16,620 bases of DNA from an uncultured archaeon (GTDB lineage Archaea; Asgardarchaeota; Thorarchaeia; Thorarchaeales; Thorarchaeaceae): the NCBI GenBank assembly GCA_964590575.1, contig CAZPWM010000044.1, positions 6,943 to 23,562 of the forward strand, read 5' to 3'. The position numbers and the translations under genes were made by a program. Positions 1 to 8,658 of this stretch are shown piece after piece. How positions within the stretch are numbered: position 1 is the stretch's first letter; every line of letters starts with the position of its first letter. The notes under the pieces are model-generated. The model had not been told where the DNA came from. It saw only the letters and a program-made list of their open reading frames with translations, and searched no databases.

Positions 1-668
1 ATTAGCGGGTTCAGGACATATCCAAGGGTCTGCGGGAACTCAGGGACTGCTGTCGCTGTGAAGATGCCATACCCGGCAATAATGCCGCCAGCAGTACCGA
101 CGAGAAATCTTCTGGAGAGTACACAGCACAGCAGAGCGACAGAAGAGACCAGGAGAATGAGCAGCCAGAAGCTAAAGGTAAGCAGTAGAAGGGGAATGAG
201 TGACCAAGTGCTGGGAACCAAGATGTACACAGCGAAGAGAGAGGCAATTGTTGTGGGCACCCCTGTCATGAGCAGGACAGCACCGAGCTTGATGGAGAGG
301 ACACTGGAACGGCTGGCAGGGTATGTCAGAAGTGTCCGCAGAGTCCCGTCTTCAAAGGCTCTGGCAACGCTCAGGCCTGTTAGGACAGGGACCAGCAGTA
401 CGTCGATAGATGCGGTCCCGAGAAGCACAGCTGCATATGCGGGGGCAAACCTGTCCACGAATCCATAGTACCGGTTTATTATCTCAATGGTGTTCCATGG
501 CACCTGAGAACTCAGGTCCATAATCACACCTGCAGAGCCTTGTGATATGGCTACGACAAGTGACACAAAGAGGATGACTGCCACAATCGTTTCGCAAATT
601 GGAGAGCGGTAGACACAGTCCAGCTCAAGTCCCATGATAGCCTGAAGGAGTCCACGACGCCTACTCAT
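1..668 (-). CDS. ABC-2 type transporter permease (3' end runs off the window)
   Basis: Not in the ORF track. Manual translation from ATG at 668 (overlapping the ATPase stop, ATGAGTAG) is open to the window edge: MSRRRGLLQAIMGLELDCVYRSPICETIVAVILFVSLVVAIS...ARAFEDGTLRTLLTYPASRSSVLSIKLGAVLLMTG...; several hydrophobic segments and the E-x-GTL-xx-LL-x-x-P-x-SR motif of ABC-2 permeases. Confidence 0.85.
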   Translation of the reverse strand, partial: MSRRRGLLQAIMGLELDCVYRSPICETIVAVILFVSLVVAISQGSAGVIMDLSSQVPWNTIEIINRYYGFVDRFAPAYAAVLLGTASIDVLLVPVLTGLSVARAFEDGTLRTLLTYPASRSSVLSIKLGAVLLMTGVPTTIASLFAVYILVPSTWSLIPLLLLTFSFWLLILLVSSVALLCCVLSRRFLVGTAGGIIAGYGIFTATAVPEFPQTLGYVLNPL

Positions 669-1584
669 CCTTCATGACCTCCTTGAACGCGCCCTCTAGG
701 CTCCTTGCATGCTCAATCGCATAGACCCTGATCCCAAGGGACGCAGCGAGTCCTTCTATTCTGGCCTGGACCTCGCTTATCCCAGACGATTCGAGCCCGA
801 AGGTGACTGAGTTCGCGCCTGAAACCCGTAGCCCGACCAGTTCTGGAATCTGTTGGAGCGCTTCCGCAAGCCTCATAGCGTCCGACGTTATGATCTGATA
901 CATGCTTGAAGTACGTCTCTCAATAATGTCCTGAACGAGCCCTTCCTCAATCACTCTTCCAGCATTGATGAACGCAACCCTATGGCATATCCGTTCAAGG
1001 TCGGATAGGATGTGAGAGGAAACGAAAAAGGAGATCCCCCTCTCGTGGTGCAAGTTCACAATCAAGTCCATAATATCATCGCGCCCTGACACATCGAGAT
1101 TTGATGTAGGCTCATCCAGAAACACAAGCTCCGGATCTCCAGTGAATGCCTGAGCAATGCCGAGCCGCTGGTGCATCCCTGCTGACAGATGACCGATCTT
1201 CCTGTCCCTTGCGTATGCAAGGTCCACCGTGTCCAGCAGGTCCCCAGCTGACCTCTTGCTACCGTATATCCTGATGACTTTCTCAAGGTAGTCCTTCACA
1301 GTGAGTGTCCTTGGGTATGAGGGCCTCTCATGTAGAACTCCAATCCTTCTCTTCAGCTCAAGTGAGTCCTTGCGGATGTCAAGGCCAAGGACCTGACCTC
1401 CACCAGCATTAGGTCGTATAAGTCCGAGCAGTATCCGAAGCAGAGTCGTCTTACCAGCGCCATTTGGTCCAATGAAGCCAAAGATGCCAGCCTGCACGGA
1501 CAGGTCCACCTCGTCGAGTGCCCTGACTCCATCGAACTCCTTCACCAATCCCTTAACTGACACTATAGACTCTTGTATAGTCAA
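661..1584 (-). CDS. ABC transporter ATP-binding protein (ABC-2/multidrug type)
   Basis: Walker A GPNGAGKTT, signature LSAGMHQR, Walker B VFLDEP, H-loop SSHIL; TTG start preceded by AGAGGGG. Confidence 0.95.
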   Translation of the reverse strand: MTIQESIVSVKGLVKEFDGVRALDEVDLSVQAGIFGFIGPNGAGKTTLLRILLGLIRPNAGGGQVLGLDIRKDSLELKRRIGVLHERPSYPRTLTVKDYLEKVIRIYGSKRSAGDLLDTVDLAYARDRKIGHLSAGMHQRLGIAQAFTGDPELVFLDEPTSNLDVSGRDDIMDLIVNLHHERGISFFVSSHILSDLERICHRVAFINAGRVIEEGLVQDIIERRTSSMYQIITSDAMRLAEALQQIPELVGLRVSGANSVTFGLESSGISEVQARIEGLAASLGIRVYAIEHARSLEGAFKEVMKDE

Positions 1585-1670
1585 CGAAACCCCTCTATGT
1601 TCCTGTATCTGACTACCTTTTCGTTACACATTGTAGAACCTAATTGTGGCTATACTTAATATCTTCTGGG

Positions 1671-1705
1671 AGATTAATCTATTGGTCTATTGGTACTCTA
1701 TTGGT
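1671..1705. repeat. Palindrome AGATTAATCT overlapping three direct copies of TCTATTGG
   Basis: TCTATTGG at 1678-1685, 1686-1693 and 1697-1704; perfect palindrome at 1671-1680; intergenic between the nrdD stop and the ABC ATPase start. Confidence 0.7.
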
Positions 1706-1720
1706 CTGCGTAAACATCAG

Positions 1721-3862
1721 CTACAATGTGTATCTGTGTCTGTCTAGAAATTCCTGTTTCTTAGCAGGGTTGAAAGAACTCAACGACTGGAGGTACCCAG
1801 TGATCCTACTAAAAATCTCCACTCCGACATGTCCACATCGTGGGCAAGGTATTCGTGAAAGGTCATCAACCGATGAGAAGGATACACGTTTCCAATCAAT
1901 GCCAGCCTGATAGTTGCACGACCCACACTGAAGCACGTCTTTTGTGAAGCTCCAGTACGAGTTCAAGGTCTCCGTGGCAATCTTCTTTGTCAGTTCCCAG
2001 AGCGCGCCAGGATCGGGATTGGCTTCTCCAAGGTAGACGTGAGTTAATGCTCCGCCATCCATGAACGGGTGGAACATACCTTCCTTCTTGATCCGCTGAC
2101 TCAGTGGAAGATTAGCACTGACATCCAGAGTTGTGCTATTTGTGTAGTATACATGGGGAGCCTCACCTTTGAGGTACTTTCTCATACCGGGATACGACTT
2201 GTAGTCTTTCTCAGCAAGACGACCGGCTGCACTCTCAGCGGGGGTCCGGGTAACACCAAAGTGAAGTCCGGTTTCTTCTTGGAACTCAGTAGCCTTTGCC
2301 TTCAAATGTTTGAGGACCTTGATGCCGAATCGAGTGCCCTCACTCTCATGGAGTTGTTGGTTGACCATTACCGCTGCCATTTCGTCAAAACCAATTGTCC
2401 CTAGCAAGAACTCACGGGAATTCATGTCAATGAGGGGTTCGCCATTGGGCTTTGGTTGGGTGTAGAATGGCACACTGCCACTCCCAATTAGCTTATCCAT
2501 GAGCCTCTTCTTCTCGAGGATTACCTCCTTGGATAGTTCCAAGTACTCGTCAACCTTCTCAAAGAACCGGGCCTCATCTGTACGACCAAGCCATGCAGCT
2601 CTTCCAAAATTAGGAGTAACCATCTGTGATGCGCCAAACACCATATTGCCGCTCAGGAACTCCTCGAGCTCCTCATCACTACTTGCAGTCCAAAGGTGCG
2701 AGCAGCAGCTACTGCAACCGGCTTCGATCTTTGACCGCCAATTCAAATAGTTCTCAAAGTATGGAGAACCATGCTTGGCTGTGAGCTCGGCAACGAGGCC
2801 CCATGATGGGTCATACTCAGAGCCAATGAACTCCTTTCGAAGCACGATGTTTGGTTTTGGAAATCCAAATCCTTTACCCTTAGCATCGCCTTTCAGCATG
2901 ACTTCCATGAATGCATTGAAGAAGAGACGGGCTTCCTCTTCATAGTCACCATATGTAATCTCGGTTTCCTTACCGCCTGGTAGAACAGCAGGAACATCTC
3001 GCATTATCTTTGGAATCCCAGGTGTGAGATCAACACTGGAGAAGATGACCTGTCCGCCCCGAGCAACATACTGCTGGGTGAGTGTGAATATCAATTGTTG
3101 AGCGGCCTGCTTAATCTTCTTGTAAGGTTGACCCTTCATGAATGGTGCCATGAATGTGTTGAAGTAGAAATACCCCTGCCCGCCAGCAAACGAGCTCTGA
3201 GCAGCAGCAAGCCAGATCGCCGCATGGTTCATCGCTACAGAGAGGTGCTGAGCTGGGCCGGCAGCGCTCGAGTGCATTCCTCCAAGACCATCGGGAGCGA
3301 TACCTAACTTGAGCACCTGTCGCATGTCCCAAGTGGCACAGTAATCACGGGTGCTGAAATACTCCCTGTCCTTGATGTATATGTCTCCTCGTAGATGTGC
3401 ATCTGCAAGGTGAGGGGGTATCGTTAAGTATGTGTGTTGTTCCATCACCTGGTCATGGACAAGTTTAGCAATAGTTTCAGGGTTACGCATAAGATTAGCA
3501 TTAGATGTGTGGGCACCAGGATTATGGATGAGCAGACTAAGATCGTGCATTGGGATACCGACTCGTGTATATAGAATCCGTTCCTTCTCGAAACCCATCT
3601 CAGCAAGGACACTGTTACACATCTCACGAATAAGAGGACCAGATAGAAACTTGATTCCGGAGGCAACTATTCTGTCCATGACTCTTACAGCAACAAGATG
3701 AGCATCTGCATGAAGAAGCCCAGCCTCCAGCACAAGGCTGTCAATGATTTTGTTAGCATCAAAGGTCTCCATTGTACTACTAGTGGTTCGGACCTTTGGC
3801 ATCTTCTTCTCTCTCAGGCGGAGTTCTTCAGAGGTGGCAAGAGTATTGTGGATATCAGTCAT
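1721..3862 (-). CDS. nrdD: Anaerobic (class III) ribonucleoside-triphosphate reductase with N-terminal ATP cone
   Basis: ATP-cone-like PKVRT...FDANKIIDSL; AHLRGDIYIKD, YCATWD, AGGQG, FPKP, finger-loop SSCC, TPAES, YYTNS, GGALTHV; C-terminal CGSC...CPRCG zinc site and glycyl-radical motif SRITGYL. Confidence 0.96.
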   Translation of the reverse strand: MTDIHNTLATSEELRLREKKMPKVRTTSSTMETFDANKIIDSLVLEAGLLHADAHLVAVRVMDRIVASGIKFLSGPLIREMCNSVLAEMGFEKERILYTRVGIPMHDLSLLIHNPGAHTSNANLMRNPETIAKLVHDQVMEQHTYLTIPPHLADAHLRGDIYIKDREYFSTRDYCATWDMRQVLKLGIAPDGLGGMHSSAAGPAQHLSVAMNHAAIWLAAAQSSFAGGQGYFYFNTFMAPFMKGQPYKKIKQAAQQLIFTLTQQYVARGGQVIFSSVDLTPGIPKIMRDVPAVLPGGKETEITYGDYEEEARLFFNAFMEVMLKGDAKGKGFGFPKPNIVLRKEFIGSEYDPSWGLVAELTAKHGSPYFENYLNWRSKIEAGCSSCCSHLWTASSDEELEEFLSGNMVFGASQMVTPNFGRAAWLGRTDEARFFEKVDEYLELSKEVILEKKRLMDKLIGSGSVPFYTQPKPNGEPLIDMNSREFLLGTIGFDEMAAVMVNQQLHESEGTRFGIKVLKHLKAKATEFQEETGLHFGVTRTPAESAAGRLAEKDYKSYPGMRKYLKGEAPHVYYTNSTTLDVSANLPLSQRIKKEGMFHPFMDGGALTHVYLGEANPDPGALWELTKKIATETLNSYWSFTKDVLQCGSCNYQAGIDWKRVSFSSVDDLSRIPCPRCGHVGVEIFSRITGYLQSLSSFNPAKKQEFLDRHRYTL

Positions 3863-4161
3863 GCGGCATCAAGAACCTCCCTTCGAATCCGTTCCACAGT
3901 TGGAACCTCACCGCTATATAGCAGTCTTAGTTTACCACCATGTTCAATCATAATGGACGGTGTGCTAGCAATGAATACTTGATTTTCTAAGAGCTTGAAC
4001 TCGAATTCAGGATCCATTGTCGGAAGGTCAATTGTTTCCAAGATGACATCAGTTCCATCAAAAGCCTCTTGGATTACTGCCTTCGCTGCAGGACAGTTGG
4101 CGCAACCATCCTGCGTAAAAAGGTAGATAGTTGGTACTGCGTCTCGTCCTCCCGGCATCAT
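3859..4161 (-). CDS. Thioredoxin/glutaredoxin-like redoxin (NrdH-like), CANC active site
   Basis: LFTQDGCANCPAAK CxxC motif, STPSI cis-Pro motif, YSGEVP; ATGA overlap with nrdD; GGGGGTGAG ribosome-binding-like sequence upstream. Confidence 0.85.
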   Translation of the reverse strand: MMPGGRDAVPTIYLFTQDGCANCPAAKAVIQEAFDGTDVILETIDLPTMDPEFEFKLLENQVFIASTPSIMIEHGGKLRLLYSGEVPTVERIRREVLDAA

Positions 4162-4187
4162 AGCTCAACACTCACCCCCGCAGCAGC

Positions 4188-4231
4188 AGAGGTAAAATAA
4201 TATTCGTGCTAGAGGTAATAAAAGCATTACC
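4188..4231. promoter_or_regulatory. Putative promoter/operator of the redoxin-nrdD operon
   Basis: Inverted repeat GGTAAT-N6-ATTACC (4214-4231) overlapping a minus-strand TTTTATTA TATA-like box; AGAGGTAA repeated at 4188 and 4211. Confidence 0.4.
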
Positions 4232-4560
4232 GCACTTGGAGCCAGCCTCTCGCCTTGTTCTAGGCCAACCGGGGGAAACAATGGTCGAATCATTTTCTCG
4301 TATGTAGAAGACTTGCACTCCCACTTAAGGTCCGATGAAATTTGAGCAATAATCATGCAACCAGAACTAGGTTTTTGCAGTCCTCAGGCTAGGAAGCAGC
4401 TCATTTCTCTAGTGAAGAATACCAATCTATGAAACAACGGATACGAATGATTTGGCGCGGTTAATTGAATGTATTAGCTGCTAATCGTCAGACACGATTT
4501 GACAAACACAACCTAGAATAAGTGGTCGGATATACTACTGAGATGAGGAGCATACCAAGA

Positions 4561-5184
4561 ATGCCGACATATCTGAGAGCGAAAACACCGCTCGATGGCT
4601 GGACACGCATAATCAGAAAAATCATGGAATCGGGCATGACACGTGTAGATGAGAGAGATAGCGAAACCCGATGGCATGAGAATGTCATAATTCACATCGT
4701 TGACCCATATACAGACCGCGTGAGTGCTAAGTATCCATTCAGTGAGCAGGTGCTCCGCGATAAATACGCAACACAACTGCTTAACCCCGACCGCATGGAC
4801 TTTGACTACACATATGGCGAGCGACTTAATGCGTGGGGGGAAGAAGGTATAAACCAGATCGAGTTTGTCATCACCAAGTTGAAAGAGAGTCCTTATAGTC
4901 GGAGAGCAGTTGCCACTACTTGGGACCCTCGTAAGGATATCACAGTTGATGAGGTTCCTTGTCTCAACCACTTTGTTTTCATGGTGTGTGAAGGTAAACT
5001 TGACATATCAGTGATGATACGTTCGAATGACATGTATGGAGCTTGGCCAGCAAATGTGTACGCATTGGGAGAGCTCCTGACGTATGTTTCAGAAAAGACA
5101 GGAATCGCACCCGGCACAATAACAACTCACTCAGTCAACGCACATATCTACAAACACGATTGGGAAAAAGCTATGGAGATTTAG
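4561..5184 (+). CDS. thyA: Thymidylate synthase, short archaeal ThyA type
   Basis: YTYGERL, SRRAVATTWDP, catalytic VPCL, RSNDM, WPANV, AHIY; start moved from 4522 to ATG 4561 because GAGGAG lies at 4545-4550. Confidence 0.9.
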   Translation: MPTYLRAKTPLDGWTRIIRKIMESGMTRVDERDSETRWHENVIIHIVDPYTDRVSAKYPFSEQVLRDKYATQLLNPDRMDFDYTYGERLNAWGEEGINQIEFVITKLKESPYSRRAVATTWDPRKDITVDEVPCLNHFVFMVCEGKLDISVMIRSNDMYGAWPANVYALGELLTYVSEKTGIAPGTITTHSVNAHIYKHDWEKAMEI

Positions 5185-5291
5185 ACTATTTTTGCATCCG
5201 CGTCATTCATATACACCTTTAACCTGAACGGGCCCCTGAGTTTCAATACTTAATCTAATAGGCGCTATTATCAACACGGAGCTTAACTAAA

Positions 5292-5906
5292 TTGGATGAT
5301 ATTGATAAAAAATTGGTATCAATTCTACAGAAGAATGGAAGGACTAGCCTCTCAGAGATAGGAAAGAATCTTGGGATGTCTCATGTCGCTGTGAGTAAGC
5401 GACTTGACAAACTGGTCCAGTCTGAACTCGTGAACATTACTGCCGGGGTCAATGCAGAATATCTCGATGCCAAGGTTCTCTTTATGGGACTTGAAACCGA
5501 GGATATGGATGTAGCAGAACGAATTCAGAAAAAATATATTGATTGTCCTAGACTTTTGATGTTTGCACCAGTCACAGGGAGGTATAATGTGTTTGCAGTC
5601 ATGGTTGCGGAGGACACTTGGAGTCTCGAATCAATAATCGGTACGTGCAGTATGAGAACTGAGCCGGGAGTAAGAAGGTCAGAGAGTTGGTTTGGAAATG
5701 CTCCAATCGCGCCTAAGTACCTACAAGTGGATCTAGCACCAAGTGTATCAGGCAGCTCTGTTTCACCATGTGGAAGAGACTGCGGATCATGCAAACGTTA
5801 CAAAGCGGACAAATGTGTAGGATGCCCTCCAACAGATGTCTACAAGGGAAAACTCTGGGCGACACCAAACAAGTCCCAGAAGAAACGTAAAAAGAGCAAA
5901 GGTTAA
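5292..5906 (+). CDS. Lrp/AsnC family transcriptional regulator with C-terminal Cys-rich domain
   Basis: MDDIDKKLVSILQKNGRTSLSEIGKNLGMSHVAVSKRLDKL helix-turn-helix; VTGRYN effector-domain motif; tail PCGRDCGSCKRYKADKCVGCP. Confidence 0.9.
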   Translation: MDDIDKKLVSILQKNGRTSLSEIGKNLGMSHVAVSKRLDKLVQSELVNITAGVNAEYLDAKVLFMGLETEDMDVAERIQKKYIDCPRLLMFAPVTGRYNVFAVMVAEDTWSLESIIGTCSMRTEPGVRRSESWFGNAPIAPKYLQVDLAPSVSGSSVSPCGRDCGSCKRYKADKCVGCPPTDVYKGKLWATPNKSQKKRKKSKG

Positions 5907-5940
5907 CTCGACCAAGACTCTTGATAATCTAGTGAATCTT

Positions 5941-6531
5941 ATGAGTGACGTCTTTATTCACCCACTTGCTGTTGTCGATGAAGGAGCAAAGATTGGCAGC
6001 GGTACGCGAATCTGGCATTTTGCACATGTTAGGGGAACCGCGACAATTGGTAAGGGATGCAACATAGGAAAGGATGTCTACATTGATGCAGATGTTGTAA
6101 TAGGGAATAACGTGAAGATTCAGAATGGTGTTTCTGTGTATCACGGAGTTACTATTGAGGATGACGTGTTTTGTGGTCCTCATATGACATTCACAAATGA
6201 TATGTATCCACGAGCATTCGGTGAGTCTTGGGATGTTTCTAAAACACGAGTCAAGAAAGGAGCTTCAATAGGAGCGCATGCAACAATAATATGCAATACC
6301 ACTCTTGGTGAGTACTGCATGATCGGAAGTGGAGCAGTTGTCACACGCGATGTTCCTGCGCACGGCCTTGTTGTAGGTAACCCAGCACGACTTGTGGGAT
6401 TCGTATGCAAGTGTGGCCAGCCACTGAGTGAGAAAGTTTCACAGGATGACGAGTCCATCACCATGCGTTGCTCTAAATGTAAAACACAGCTAAAGTTGTC
6501 AAAATCAGATTTCAAGAAAAAGGTCAGGTAA
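5941..6531 (+). CDS. Hexapeptide-repeat N-acyltransferase (WbpD/WxcM-like) with C-terminal zinc ribbon
   Basis: FIHPLAVVDEGAKIGSGTRIWHF, KIQNGVSVY, FTND, GAVVTRDVP, GNPAR; CKCG...CSKC tail; ATG 5941 preferred to 5836, which would overlap the regulator. Confidence 0.88.
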   Translation: MSDVFIHPLAVVDEGAKIGSGTRIWHFAHVRGTATIGKGCNIGKDVYIDADVVIGNNVKIQNGVSVYHGVTIEDDVFCGPHMTFTNDMYPRAFGESWDVSKTRVKKGASIGAHATIICNTTLGEYCMIGSGAVVTRDVPAHGLVVGNPARLVGFVCKCGQPLSEKVSQDDESITMRCSKCKTQLKLSKSDFKKKVR

Positions 6532-6538
6532 ACCTGCA

Positions 6539-8650
6539 TTGTCTCACTTATACAAAAAGTTCGTTAAAGAAAGGGTCATAGACTTAGTGAGTCAAACTGA
6601 GAATATTCGCAATGTGACAATCATTGCACATATTGATCATGGGAAGACAACCCTGAGTGACTCTCTAATTGCTGCGTCTGGACTACTCTCAAAGGATATT
6701 GCAGCATCAGCTAGGCTTCTGGACTACGATCTTATTGAGCAGCAGAGAGGTATCACGATAAAAGCGTCAGGAATTTCACTAATCCATGCTCTTGGTGGAA
6801 AAGACTATCTAATTAATCTTGTAGACACTCCTGGACACATTGATTTCTCAAGTCATGTAACCAGAGGTCTCAGGCTTACTGATGGTGCTGTTATTGTAGT
6901 AGATTCAATCGAGGGCATAATGGTTCAAACAGAAACCGTTACCCGACAAGCGATGATGGAACTTGTCAGACCAGTACTCTTTGTGAATAAGGTTGATAGA
7001 TTACTTCGAGAAAGAAGATTGAGCGGTCGGAAGACTGCTGAAGAGATCAATAAAGTAGTACGTGAATTCAATGCAATGCTTGGAAAGTATCTAGATGATA
7101 GAAGATTGGAAGAGTGGGAGGTGTCCTTTAGCAAAGGATCTCTCAGCGTTGGTTCAGCAATTGACAAGTGGGGCTTGGGCATAGATACTCTCAAGGATCG
7201 CACTGGAGGAAGTGTAGCGCCAGCAGACCTAGCAAAAGCATTTCTTTCAATCATGGGAGAAATCGAAGAAACCTACAAAGCAGAAAACCAAAGAGATCTA
7301 GCAGTCCAATATCCTATCGCACAAGTTGTTATGGATTCGGTAGTCAGGGTTATTCCGAATCCCATAGTTGCGCAAGCTTATCGAGTTCCAAGGTTCTGGG
7401 ATGGAGATCCAGATTCAGAGATTGGAAAGAAACTCATTCGATGCAGCAGTAGTGGTCCTTGCATATGCATGGTAGGTGAGGTACAACCTGATAGACATGC
7501 AACAACAGTTACAGCAGTGCGAGTCTTCTCAGGTACTCTAAAGAGAGCTAGAGCCCTTATCAATTTGAGAACCAGAGAACAACGTAAGTCACTTCAGATT
7601 GGAATGTATATGTCAAAAACCCGTGTGGATCTCTCACATGTCCCTGCAGGTAATTTAGCATTCATCACAGGTCTTAGAGATATTGCTGTTGGAGATACTT
7701 TGATTGATGCTGAAGGTTATGAGAAATCAAAAGAATCAATTCCTCCAATGAGTGCTCTTCAATATCCCACAGAACCTGTTGTAACCTATACGATTGAACC
7801 AAGAAACCTTGCTGAACTTGGCAGTATTCAGGAACTTATTGAAGCCTATGTTAACACAGACCCAGCTCTTGAATTCGAAGTCAATCCTGAAACTGGTGAA
7901 ATGCTCCTCTCAGGAGCGGGAGAGCTTCACATCGAAATCTCTGTCGAGAAACTTACAAGACAGGGGATAGTAATTATTCTTGGTAAACCAATGGTGCTTC
8001 TGAAAGAGCAGCTCACAACTGAAGGAAAATCTTGTTCAAATGAAAACGAAAGCGTCAGTTCTTTCACAATTCGTGCAACAATTACATCTGATGAAATAGC
8101 TCCTGAAACGATTGGGTCAGTAATAGATCAAGATTTGAGTTCTGCAAGCTGGATTGTAGATACATCCAACAAGATCAATCAGTTTAGCGATGAAGCTGAA
8201 TGGATCAAAGAAGCATTCAGAACAATCATTCGTAATGGCACAGTAAGAGGAGAAAGAATGCGAAGGTTGGGTCTTGTGATAGAACGAGCATCTATAAGAT
8301 CGGAAGCACCTGAAACATCATGGAGAGATATCACACAACCTTTACTTAAGGCAGCCCGAGAGAGTGTTACATCAGGTGCTCCTGTCGTTTTAGAACCTTG
8401 GATTCACCTTGAAATCAGTACACCAGAAGAATATGTTGGAACAATGAGTGCAATACTATCGAAACGAAAGGGGCATGTCCTTGAGATAAATTCTGATAGA
8501 ACACTCTATAAAATTAGTGCAGAGATTCCTGTGAGAGAGTCATTTGGTCTTGCTAATGAGATTCGAACCTCAACCTCAGGATGGGCAACTTGGGGAGCAC
8601 AGGCAGGGGGTTTTAGAGACATAAAGAATTCAGAGGTACGCTATGATTGA
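6539..8650 (+). CDS. Translation elongation factor EF-2 paralog (aEF-2p-like) without the diphthamide motif
   Basis: G1 AHIDHGKTT, RGITI, DTPGH, NKVD; domain III ETGE...GAGELHIE; domain V LEP...ESFGLANEIRTSTSG; domain IV HRG position reads ETS. Confidence 0.88.
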   Translation: MSHLYKKFVKERVIDLVSQTENIRNVTIIAHIDHGKTTLSDSLIAASGLLSKDIAASARLLDYDLIEQQRGITIKASGISLIHALGGKDYLINLVDTPGHIDFSSHVTRGLRLTDGAVIVVDSIEGIMVQTETVTRQAMMELVRPVLFVNKVDRLLRERRLSGRKTAEEINKVVREFNAMLGKYLDDRRLEEWEVSFSKGSLSVGSAIDKWGLGIDTLKDRTGGSVAPADLAKAFLSIMGEIEETYKAENQRDLAVQYPIAQVVMDSVVRVIPNPIVAQAYRVPRFWDGDPDSEIGKKLIRCSSSGPCICMVGEVQPDRHATTVTAVRVFSGTLKRARALINLRTREQRKSLQIGMYMSKTRVDLSHVPAGNLAFITGLRDIAVGDTLIDAEGYEKSKESIPPMSALQYPTEPVVTYTIEPRNLAELGSIQELIEAYVNTDPALEFEVNPETGEMLLSGAGELHIEISVEKLTRQGIVIILGKPMVLLKEQLTTEGKSCSNENESVSSFTIRATITSDEIAPETIGSVIDQDLSSASWIVDTSNKINQFSDEAEWIKEAFRTIIRNGTVRGERMRRLGLVIERASIRSEAPETSWRDITQPLLKAARESVTSGAPVVLEPWIHLEISTPEEYVGTMSAILSKRKGHVLEINSDRTLYKISAEIPVRESFGLANEIRTSTSGWATWGAQAGGFRDIKNSEVRYD

Positions 8651-8658
8651 TTATTGGA

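Noticed and set aside
58-468. 136-aa plus-strand ORF (and the 11..247 minus ORF)
   Set aside because: Shadows of the ABC permease reading frame on the minus strand, which has a clear family motif
1721-3862. Intein or intron in nrdD
   Set aside because: Length is normal for an ATP-cone NrdD and no splice-junction or homing endonuclease motifs were seen
4165-4356. 63-aa ORF ending CCCGGEC just upstream of the redoxin, as a possible leader peptide
   Set aside because: The Cys/Gly end is explained by a CAG triplet run and the ribosome-binding sequence; it spans the likely promoter and has no recognisable family features
4513-4971. 152-aa minus-strand ORF
   Set aside because: Antisense to thyA with no motif
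5769-5828. CxxxCxxC in the Lrp tail as a radical-SAM NrdG substitute
   Set aside because: Only about 45 residues remain; there is no radical-SAM barrel
5836-5940. N-terminal extension of the acyltransferase in the ORF track
   Set aside because: Overlaps the Lrp gene; family similarity starts at Met 5941
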